Assembly (NCBI GenBank): GCA_965218545.1
Contig: CBDCLB010000002.1
Span: 776,622-840,621 of the forward strand
Origin: Acidobacteriaceae bacterium
Lineage (GTDB): Bacteria > Acidobacteriota > Terriglobia > Terriglobales > Acidobacteriaceae
Direction: 5' to 3'
DNA: 64,000 nucleotides
The translations under genes and the position numbers were made by a program. Of this stretch, positions 46,243 to 53,837 are shown piece after piece. The number at the start of each line of letters is the position of its first letter. Within the stretch, counting starts at the first letter, position 1. The notes under the pieces were generated by a model. It was given only the letters and a program-made list of their open reading frames with translations. It ran no database searches and had not been told where the DNA came from.

Positions 46243-46396
46243 ACACCAAGCCGGGGCAGGGTTCGCTTACAAACCCCGCCTCGGCAACCGCCGCCATGGC
46301 CGAAAAAAAGGCGTTCTTGGCGCGATGCGCAACGTCAAAACCCGCTGTATTTGCGGTATTATCTCCCTTCCAGAAAAGAAGAAGGAGCGCAACGCG

Positions 46397-46897
46397 ATGA
46401 TGCAGTGGGCACCCAGCACACAACCCGTCCAGCTCGGCGGCCGGCTCGATTGGTTTTCCGAACTGCCGCCCGCACATCCGGGCGCGGGTTCCAGCGGGAG
46501 CCGCGAGGAACGCTCGTCCTTTTCCGACGGCAAGCCCGAGCCTATGCGCGTTCTGGTTGTGGACGATGAAAAGCTGATTGCCGATACGCTCGCACGCATC
46601 CTCAACCTAAGCGGATTCGCCGCGCACGCGGTGTACAGCGGTGAGGCCGCCATTGCCGCGCTCGATACGCACTGCCCTGATATTGTCCTTACGGATGTCC
46701 GCATGCCCGGCCGCAACGGCATCGAAACAGCGGTTTCCATCCGCGCGCAGTGCCCCCATATCCGGGTGGTTCTTTTTTCCGGCCAGGCAGGCGTTTCCGA
46801 ACTGATGGAGCAGGCCAAGCGCGATGGCCATGGCTTCGAGCTATGGTCCAAGCCCCTCCACCCCCGCGAGCTTGTCAAGCGTCTCCAAGCGCTCTGA
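46397..46897 (+). CDS. stand-alone response-regulator receiver protein
   Basis: MRVLVVDDEK...DIVLTDVRMPGRNG...VVLFSGQ...SKPL are the receiver-domain acidic pocket, the phospho-accepting Asp, S/T and K. There is no output domain. AAGGAG lies upstream of ATG 46397; ATG 46544 is an alternative start. Confidence 0.8.
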   Translation: MMQWAPSTQPVQLGGRLDWFSELPPAHPGAGSSGSREERSSFSDGKPEPMRVLVVDDEKLIADTLARILNLSGFAAHAVYSGEAAIAALDTHCPDIVLTDVRMPGRNGIETAVSIRAQCPHIRVVLFSGQAGVSELMEQAKRDGHGFELWSKPLHPRELVKRLQAL

Positions 46898-48391
46898 TTA
46901 TTTCGCCGGCACAGTAACCAGCACCAGCGCGTTCGGTGGGAGCGCGAGCATAATCCGGTCGCCCTGCAACTGTTCCCGGCGCGGAGCCTCTAGAGCGCTC
47001 GCCGCATTCATCCGTGCCACCTCCTCGGGCGTCGGATAGCGAGGACTCCCCATCGCGCGGTAAAGCGGGAGCGGGTTCCCATGATCCCCATCCACCTGCT
47101 GCACCTCCACCCCTGCGTTCCCCGGAACGCCTGAAAAGGCCAGCACCACTCGCCCGGCAACTCTTCCCGTAGCCGATGGGTCCACCAGGTTCCACACCGC
47201 CACAGCCAAGGTTCCATCCGCGCGCCGGGTCACGAGCACATTCTCCGCGTCGTTCGGCATCCGCGTTTCGCCGAGCTCGTGCAGCAGGGCGAAGTCGTAG
47301 AACGACGGCTTGTCGATGCCGCCTTGCGCCCGCAGCCCGAAGTTCCCCTCAAACGGCCGGGGAATCGGTCCGCCCTCCTCGAAAACGTCCGAAAAGGTCC
47401 AGAACGACAGCACGTCCACCTTGCCGTCGCACGCACGAATCGTGTTCGCGACAGCCGGCCCGACGAAGGGCGTGTCGCGCGACTGGCGCTCGCCTTCGAC
47501 GTTCCATTCGGTCCACAAGAGCGGCAAGCGAGGCATGGCGGACGCGTCGATCTGCCCGCGCACCATCGCCACCGCCCGGCACACGCGGTCGTCCATCGGG
47601 ATGTGCTCGTCCGTGTGGAAGAGGTTTTCGACCGTGTCGTCGGCGTACGCGTGCGTGGAAACGAAGTCCACCGGGACTTTGTTCTTCGCCGCGTAGGCCA
47701 GGAACGCAGGCACCCACTGCGCTGCGGCGGTTGCGGGACCGCCCACCCGCAGCCGCGGGCTCACTGCTTTGAGCGCCCGCGCCGTGTGCGCGTACAGCTC
47801 GAAATACGACCCTTGCCGCGGGATTCCGTTCCAAAAGTCGATATTCGGCTCGTTCCACACCTCGAAGTACCAATGTGCCACCTCGTCAGCCCCGTAACGA
47901 GCGAGAAGGTGTGCGCCGAGCGCGGTGATCAGCGCATCCCAGCGCTGCCACGACTTGGGCGGCGACACATTGGGCTTGTACCAGAATGCCTGCAGCGCGT
48001 CGGGGTTGAAGGCAAGCTTGCGCGGCATAAACCCGATCTCGACCACGGGCCGCACCCCATTCTTGAGCAGACCGTCGTAGATCTGGTCCACGTACTGGAA
48101 GTTGTACACGGGGCTGCCGTGCTCGTCCTCGGTGTACACGCCCACCTCGTCGTCGAGAATGCCGTGAAAGCGCACATAGCGAAAGCCGGTGATGCCTTGC
48201 ACCGCGCGCAGATCGTCCCGGTAGCTTTCGCGCAGCGCCATGACGGCATGGCCGGAGCCGAACATCCGCTCCCAAAAATGCGGGAACGGTGTGCCCGGCG
48301 CGCGGGCGTCGATCGTGATGACCTGCTGCGCCGGCAGCGCGCCCGGGTATAAAAGAAGCAGCGCAGCGATCGCCCGCAGGTAAGAGAACAT
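46898..48391 (-). CDS. glycoside hydrolase family 39 (beta-xylosidase-like)
   Basis: Signal peptide MFSYLRAIAALLLLYPGALPA; HWYFEVWNEPNIDFWNG is a GH39 acid/base motif. GGGAGG SD precedes ATG 48391. Confidence 0.85.
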   Translation of the reverse strand: MFSYLRAIAALLLLYPGALPAQQVITIDARAPGTPFPHFWERMFGSGHAVMALRESYRDDLRAVQGITGFRYVRFHGILDDEVGVYTEDEHGSPVYNFQYVDQIYDGLLKNGVRPVVEIGFMPRKLAFNPDALQAFWYKPNVSPPKSWQRWDALITALGAHLLARYGADEVAHWYFEVWNEPNIDFWNGIPRQGSYFELYAHTARALKAVSPRLRVGGPATAAAQWVPAFLAYAAKNKVPVDFVSTHAYADDTVENLFHTDEHIPMDDRVCRAVAMVRGQIDASAMPRLPLLWTEWNVEGERQSRDTPFVGPAVANTIRACDGKVDVLSFWTFSDVFEEGGPIPRPFEGNFGLRAQGGIDKPSFYDFALLHELGETRMPNDAENVLVTRRADGTLAVAVWNLVDPSATGRVAGRVVLAFSGVPGNAGVEVQQVDGDHGNPLPLYRAMGSPRYPTPEEVARMNAASALEAPRREQLQGDRIMLALPPNALVLVTVPAK

Positions 48392-48521
48392 AGGTGCCTC
48401 CCGAGCAGCCATGGTAGCGCTTGCCGTCGCACGCGCGAAACCACATGACACCGCCACGCCTGCACTGCTATCTTCGGGGGCGCACCGCATCGCGCTATCC
48501 ACTCCAGGAGTCCTCCCCGCC

Positions 48522-50717
48522 GTGAAGCACACGCTTGCCCTCGCGCTTTTTCCACTCATGCTCGCCCCCGCGCTCGCGCAGCAGCCCACCGTGCAGCCCC
48601 AAGGGAGCGACCAATGGCTCCTTTCCGCCGGAGGCATGAGCTATGTCGTGGCCATCAACGATGCCCACTTCCCGCAAACTGTGTACTGGGGGCCGCGCAT
48701 CGCTAGCACCTCCGGCCTCCCACCGGCGCGCATGCATCCGGAGATGTCTTCCAAAGAGCCGCCGGTCGCGACCACGCCGCTCGAATACACGGCCTGGTCG
48801 AGCGGCGGCCTGCCGTACGCGCCCGCGCTCAAGGCGAGTTTTCCTGACGGCAACCGCTCCTTGACCCTGGTCTTCGACCATGCCGCGCAGCCAAGCCCCG
48901 GCAAGCTCGAGCTGGTGGTGCGCGACATCGACATCCCCATCCAGGTACACCTGTACTACCAGCTCTACCCGCAGGGCGTTCTCGCGCGCTGGACCCGGAT
49001 CGAGAACCGCAGCGCGGCGACGGTCACCCTAGCAAGCGCGGCCAGCGCGACCTGGAATCTGCCGCCCGATCCGCGCTACCAGCTTTCCTCGCTCACGGGC
49101 CGCTGGGGCGGCGAGTTTCAGCTGGGGCGCGAGCCGATCCACCCCGGCGAGCAGGTGCTCGAGTCGCGGCGCGGCAGCACGAGCGCCCAGGCCAATCCCT
49201 GGTTTGCCGTGACCGCCGCCGGCGCGACCACGGAGGATGCGGGCCCGGTCTGGTTCGGCGAGCTGGGCTGGTCCGGCTCCTGGCGCATCACGGTCGAGGA
49301 GGTTGAATCGCACGCTGTGCGCATCACCGGCGGCTACAACCCCTTCGACTTCTCATATCCGCTTTCGCCGGGCGAATCGCTTGAAACCCCGCGCTTCTAC
49401 GCGGGCTACACAAGCGGGGGCGAGGGCGAGGCTTCGCGCATCCTCCATCGCTTCCAGCAGGAGGAGATCCTGCCCCACGCTCACCGGAATCGCCCCGTGC
49501 TTTACAACTCGTGGGAGGCGACCGGGTTCGACGTGAATGAGCAAAACCAGGTCGCGCTGGCCGAGCGCGCGGCCAAGCTGGGTGTGGAGCGCTTCGTCAT
49601 CGACGATGGATGGTTCGGCGAGCGCAAGGACGACCACGCCGGGCTGGGCGACTGGTATGTGAACCCGCACAAGTTTCCGCACGGGCTGAAGCCCATGATC
49701 GACCGCGTCCACCAGCTGGGCATGGACTTCGGCATCTGGGTCGAGCCCGAAATGGTGAACCCCGACTCGGACCTGTACCGCAAACATCCGGACTGGGCCA
49801 TGCACTTCCCTGGGCGGCCGCGCACGGAGATGCGCAACCAGCTCATGCTCAACCTGGCGCGGCCCGATGTGCGCGCGTATGTGTTCGGCTTCCTCGACAA
49901 GCTGGTGAGCGAAAACGACATTGCGTTTCTCAAATGGGATTACAACCGCATCTGGTCCGAGCCCGGCTGGGAGTCGGTCCCGCTGGCCGACCAGCAGCGT
50001 ATCTACGTGAAGTACATCGAAAACCTGTACTCGATCCTGGCCGAGCTGCGAAAGAAGCACCCGAAGCTTGAGATTGAGTCCTGCTCGTCGGGCGGGGGCC
50101 GCGTCGATCTGGGCATCCTGCGCTATACCGACGAGGTTTGGACCTCGGACAACACCGACGCGCTGGACCGCCTTTCCATCCAGGGCGGCTTCACCCACGG
50201 GTACACGCCCGGCATCATGATGGCCTGGGTGACGGATGTGCCGAACTTCCTTGATCGCCGGGTCACCTCGCTTCAGTTCCGGTTCGATGTCGCGATGACC
50301 GGCTCGCTCGGGATCGGTGCGGACTTGAGCAAGTTTTCAGACGCCGAGATGCAGTTGGCCGCCGCAAAGGTCGCGTTCTACAAGCAGGTGCGCACGGCCG
50401 TGCAGCAGGGCGAGCTGTACCGGCTCACGCCCGCGCTCGACGCGCCGGGCCATTGGGTGAGCGAATACGTTGCCCCGGATCGCTCCTCCGCGGTGGTGTT
50501 CGCGTTTCTGCACTCGCAGCAGTTTGGGGAGCCGTTTCCGGTGATCCGGCTCCAAGGCCTGGACCCCAGCCGCACGTACACCCTGACGCCCCGCGACCCG
50601 GACAAAGCACCCATGCTGCCCAAGCAGGCGACCGGGGCTGAGCTGATGGGCGCGGGCGTCCCCGTGCTGCTGCGCGGCGACTACGACAGCACGGCGTTTA
50701 CGCTCAAGGAGCAGTAA
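48522..50717 (+). CDS. alpha-galactosidase, GH36
   Basis: FVIDDGWFGERKDDHAGLGDW, KWDYNR and ESCSSGGGRVD are GH36 catalytic-region motifs. GTG 48522 is preceded by AGGAG and gives a signal peptide; the longest ORF starts at 48411. Confidence 0.88.
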   Translation: MKHTLALALFPLMLAPALAQQPTVQPQGSDQWLLSAGGMSYVVAINDAHFPQTVYWGPRIASTSGLPPARMHPEMSSKEPPVATTPLEYTAWSSGGLPYAPALKASFPDGNRSLTLVFDHAAQPSPGKLELVVRDIDIPIQVHLYYQLYPQGVLARWTRIENRSAATVTLASAASATWNLPPDPRYQLSSLTGRWGGEFQLGREPIHPGEQVLESRRGSTSAQANPWFAVTAAGATTEDAGPVWFGELGWSGSWRITVEEVESHAVRITGGYNPFDFSYPLSPGESLETPRFYAGYTSGGEGEASRILHRFQQEEILPHAHRNRPVLYNSWEATGFDVNEQNQVALAERAAKLGVERFVIDDGWFGERKDDHAGLGDWYVNPHKFPHGLKPMIDRVHQLGMDFGIWVEPEMVNPDSDLYRKHPDWAMHFPGRPRTEMRNQLMLNLARPDVRAYVFGFLDKLVSENDIAFLKWDYNRIWSEPGWESVPLADQQRIYVKYIENLYSILAELRKKHPKLEIESCSSGGGRVDLGILRYTDEVWTSDNTDALDRLSIQGGFTHGYTPGIMMAWVTDVPNFLDRRVTSLQFRFDVAMTGSLGIGADLSKFSDAEMQLAAAKVAFYKQVRTAVQQGELYRLTPALDAPGHWVSEYVAPDRSSAVVFAFLHSQQFGEPFPVIRLQGLDPSRTYTLTPRDPDKAPMLPKQATGAELMGAGVPVLLRGDYDSTAFTLKEQ

Positions 50718-50743
50718 GGGCGGGCGTTTGCGGCTTTCCACGA

Positions 50744-50778
50744 CCTGAGAACACGCCCTGAGAAAAGGTGTTCTCAGG
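50744..50778 (+). terminator. hairpin with two alternative 5' arms between GH36 and cutC
   Basis: CCTGAGAACAC (50744-54) or CCTGAGAA (50757-64) can pair with GTGTTCTCAGG (50768-78). The 3' arm ends 1 nt before cutC ATG 50780 and is followed by TATGTTGGGTTT. Confidence 0.4.
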
Positions 50779-50779
50779 T

Positions 50780-51547
50780 ATGTTGGGTTTGGTGCAACCC
50801 ATTCACAAACCCGCCGCCCCAAGACTTGAGATCGCCGCCGATCACCCCGAAGCCGTTCTCGCCGCGGCGGCCGGCGGCGCGGAACGCCTGGAACTTTGCG
50901 CTTCCCTTGCCGACGGCGGGCTTACGCCGTCGCTCGGCTTTGTGGAATGGGCACTCGCGGCCGCGCCCATTCCCATGCATTGCTTAATTCGCCCGCGCGC
51001 CGGCAATTTTGTCTACACGCCCGCCGAGCTCGCCGTGATGGCGCGGGACATTGAGACCTTCAAAGAAGCCGGCGCGCACGGCGTCGTTCCGGGTGTGCTC
51101 ACCGCGGATCACTCTGTGGACGCGGATGCCCTGCGCGCGCTGGTGGAAACTGCCCGCCCCATGCGCGTCTGCTTCCACCGCGCCTTTGATCTCGTGCCCG
51201 ATCGCGCCGCCGCTCTGGAAGTTCTGATCGACTGCGGCGCGGACCTCCTGCTGACCTCGGGCGGTGCCCGCAGCCTCCTGGAGGGCGCGGATGAGGTCAA
51301 ACTGCTCGGGACCCAAGCACGTGGACGCATCGAGATTATCGGCGGAGCGGGGGTGCGCGCCGGCAATGCGGGTGAGTTGTGGCGCACCCTCCCGGTTACT
51401 ACGCTGCACGCCTCCCTCCGTACTCCTTGGCCGGAAGCCGGGCTTGCGGGCAGCGCCGCGCAGATGGGCTCGCGCGATGCGGAGCCGCTCACAACCGTGC
51501 GCGCCGAGGACGTCCGCGACGTGCTCGCGCAGCTTTCGCCTCGTTAA
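50780..51547 (+). CDS. cutC: CutC-family protein
   Basis: LEIAADHPEAVLAAAAGGAERLELCASLADGGLTPS and HRAFD fit the CutC TIM-barrel family. In-frame GTG 50768 is an alternative start. Confidence 0.85.
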   Translation: MLGLVQPIHKPAAPRLEIAADHPEAVLAAAAGGAERLELCASLADGGLTPSLGFVEWALAAAPIPMHCLIRPRAGNFVYTPAELAVMARDIETFKEAGAHGVVPGVLTADHSVDADALRALVETARPMRVCFHRAFDLVPDRAAALEVLIDCGADLLLTSGGARSLLEGADEVKLLGTQARGRIEIIGGAGVRAGNAGELWRTLPVTTLHASLRTPWPEAGLAGSAAQMGSRDAEPLTTVRAEDVRDVLAQLSPR

Positions 51548-51562
51548 ACGGCACAAGAACAG

Positions 51563-51598
51563 AACCGCCTGCGCGGCTTGCGGCCACTTCGTGGCGGG
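51563..51598 (+). repeat. GC-rich ~36-nt intergenic repeat, copy C (REP-like)
   Basis: AACCGCCTGCGCGGCTTGCGGCCACTTCGTGGCGGG, 15 nt after the cutC TAA. It differs from copy A at a single position within the shared 35 nt. Confidence 0.7.
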
Positions 51599-51612
51599 TC
51601 TTTGTAAAAACC

Positions 51613-53697
51613 CTAGCGAGGCTTGCCCGCCGTCTCCACCAACCTTCCCATCGAGCCAAGGAACGTAAACCGCACCAGGGCCCCGCCTTTGCCCGCCTCG
51701 GCCAGCACCGCTTGCGCGTGCGCGGTCCAGCTCGCCGGGGCGGGGGTCCGCGCGTCCAGGTACGCGAGCGCTTCAGTGCCCACCGCGCCCAGCTCGCCCA
51801 GCTCCAGCGCCACCGGCCCCATGTCGTTCAAACGGGGCATTTCCCCCGACAAGCGCAGCAGCGCCGGGGTGCTCGCCTGCCACGCGGCAAAGCGCTTGCG
51901 CAGGTCCGCCATGGCTTCCACGCGGCGCGGCGCGAAACCCTCCGGGGCATCCCCCTTGGCCGGGTCGCCCTTGGTCCCGGTCACCGCGTCGACGTCGCCG
52001 GCGATCTCCTGGCGTGAGGGCGGATCGGCCACAACCGCGTCCACCAGACGGTCGAGCGAGGTAAGCGCATCGGTGTGCTGGCCCTGGTAGCGGTCTGAAA
52101 AGGAGAAAGGCTCCGTGACCCCGGCCAGCACATCCAGCGCCTCCGGATTGCGGCTGTTCGCCATGCTTTCGCGCATTGTTTCCGGCCCGGTCAGGTGGCG
52201 CAGGCCCAGCCCCTGCAGCTCCAGCGAAGCCGGCCGCAGCCGCTGGTACATGTAGGCGACATCCCGATCGCTCGCCGGCGACCAGAACCGCTCCGCCACC
52301 GCGAGCGTGCGCGGCCACACACGCGAGTCCACCGTGTCCGCGTTGAGCTGCTCACTCCACATGCACACTTCCCCGCCCAGGATGCGCTTTTGCTCTTCCG
52401 GCGTCATCGTCGTGTTTGCCGGGATCGGGTCGGCCAGAAACATCTCCGCGGAGGTTTTCTCGGCGTCCAGATAGTAGGGCGCGGACAGGATGCCCTCGTA
52501 TCCCTGCTTCGCGCCCGCGGCCAGCGAGGCCACGCCCCGCCAGCTCTGGATCACAATGTTTTTGGGCAGAGCCGGGTTCAGGATCTCGTCCCACCCAACC
52601 ATGCGCTTGCCGTGCTTTTCCAGGATTTTAAGAATGCGCTGGTTGAAGTACGCCTGCAGCTCCGGCGGCCCGGCGAACCCCTTTTTCGCCATAAACGCTC
52701 GGATTTGCGGGTTCGCCATCCACCCGGTTCCCGGCGTTTCATCCCCGCCGATGTGGAAGTACTGATCCGGGAAGATCGCGCTCATCTCGCCGACAAACGC
52801 GTCCAGGAACTTGAACGTGCTTTCCCGCGAAGGGTCCAGCTCGGCGATAGGGATGCCGAACGTGGTCGGCAGCTTTGCGATGCGCTCCGAACCGATCTCC
52901 GGGTAAGCCACGATCCAGCTCGACGTGTGCCCCGGCATGTCAAACTCCGGCACCACCCGGATACCCCGTGCCCGGGCATACGCGACCACCTCGCGCATCT
53001 GGTCCTGGGTGTAGAACTCGCCGTTGGAGGCGACCCCGGTGAGCTTGGGAAAGAGCTTCGACTCCGCCCGGAAACCCTGGTCATCGGACAGGTGCCAGTG
53101 GAAGACGTTGAGCTTGGCGACGGCCATTCCGTCGAGCATGCGCTCGATCACCGGGACGGGCTCAAAATGGCGGCCCACGTCGAGCATGAACCCGCGCCAC
53201 CGGAACCGCGGCGCGTCCTGGATGGTGATGGCGGGCAGCACACATGCGCCCCCGGCGTTGCCGGCGAGCTGCAGCAGTGTTTCCATCCCATGCATCGCTC
53301 CTACGTCGGTCGCTGCGCTCAGCTGCGCGCTTTGCGGGGTGACCGTGAGTGAGTAGCTTTCATCCTCGTCGACGCCCTGCACGGCCTCGCCCGGCCCCGC
53401 CACGGTGATTTCAAGTGTTGCAGGGCCGCCCTGCGGCCCCGCGTAGGCCGAGCGCCGCACGTCTCCGCCGCAAGCCCGGTCGAGCCGATGGAGCATGCGC
53501 GCGGTTGCCGCTTCCAGCCGCGCATCGTGGCTACCCATGTAGCGGTAGGTAAAGTGCGACAACCCTTCCGCCGGCGTCACCACCAATGCCCCTTCGGCAC
53601 GCTTCGCCGAAGAAGGCATCGGCATCAGTGCCACCTGCTGCGCGCCCGCCACGCCCAGCCATCCCGCCGCCAGCAACCCTGCCGCAATCCGTTTCAC
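51613..53697 (-). CDS. beta-N-acetylhexosaminidase, GH20
   Basis: NVFHWHLSDDQGFR and YFHIGGDE are GH20 catalytic motifs. GTG 53697 gives the signal peptide VKRIAAGLLAAGWLGVAGA; the longer ORF to 53922 is Arg/Gly-rich shadow. Confidence 0.88.
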   Translation of the reverse strand: MKRIAAGLLAAGWLGVAGAQQVALMPMPSSAKRAEGALVVTPAEGLSHFTYRYMGSHDARLEAATARMLHRLDRACGGDVRRSAYAGPQGGPATLEITVAGPGEAVQGVDEDESYSLTVTPQSAQLSAATDVGAMHGMETLLQLAGNAGGACVLPAITIQDAPRFRWRGFMLDVGRHFEPVPVIERMLDGMAVAKLNVFHWHLSDDQGFRAESKLFPKLTGVASNGEFYTQDQMREVVAYARARGIRVVPEFDMPGHTSSWIVAYPEIGSERIAKLPTTFGIPIAELDPSRESTFKFLDAFVGEMSAIFPDQYFHIGGDETPGTGWMANPQIRAFMAKKGFAGPPELQAYFNQRILKILEKHGKRMVGWDEILNPALPKNIVIQSWRGVASLAAGAKQGYEGILSAPYYLDAEKTSAEMFLADPIPANTTMTPEEQKRILGGEVCMWSEQLNADTVDSRVWPRTLAVAERFWSPASDRDVAYMYQRLRPASLELQGLGLRHLTGPETMRESMANSRNPEALDVLAGVTEPFSFSDRYQGQHTDALTSLDRLVDAVVADPPSRQEIAGDVDAVTGTKGDPAKGDAPEGFAPRRVEAMADLRKRFAAWQASTPALLRLSGEMPRLNDMGPVALELGELGAVGTEALAYLDARTPAPASWTAHAQAVLAEAGKGGALVRFTFLGSMGRLVETAGKPR

Positions 53698-53807
53698 TCG
53701 CCGCCTCTCTTTCTCGAACAGCAGCCTACACGAATCCCCGCAGCCTGACGCTCCCATCGCGCGCATGGTGCCCAGGAAGACGATGCCGCCGTCTAAACGA
53801 GTAAACT

Positions 53808-53821
53808 TGGAAACGTTTCCC
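53808..53821. promoter_or_regulatory. LacI/GalR-type palindromic operator candidate upstream of GH92
   Basis: TGGAAACGTTTCCC contains the perfect 12-bp palindrome GGAAACGTTTCC. It fits the TGnAAnCGnTTnCA-type consensus at all but the last position and lies 17 nt upstream of the GH92 ATG. Confidence 0.4.
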
Positions 53822-53837
53822 AGATACGAAGAGGACC

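Noticed and set aside
46202-46396. 5' extension of the receiver ORF (MPRIPRLSSLRRSKHQ...)
   Set aside because: The extension is Arg/Lys-rich and overlaps the end of the preceding gene. A good SD precedes ATG 46397, and the receiver fold starts at MRVLVVDD.
47279-48352. Long antisense ORFs over the glycosidase, porin and GT genes (for example 47279-48352, 49353-50198, 52195-53352, 54984-56072, 56347-57471, 25030-26397, 27085-28029, 35312-36250, 14232-15038)
   Set aside because: Each lies opposite a gene with family-specific catalytic motifs. The translations are Arg/Gly/His/Pro-rich and motif-free, as expected for open antisense frames in G+C-rich DNA.
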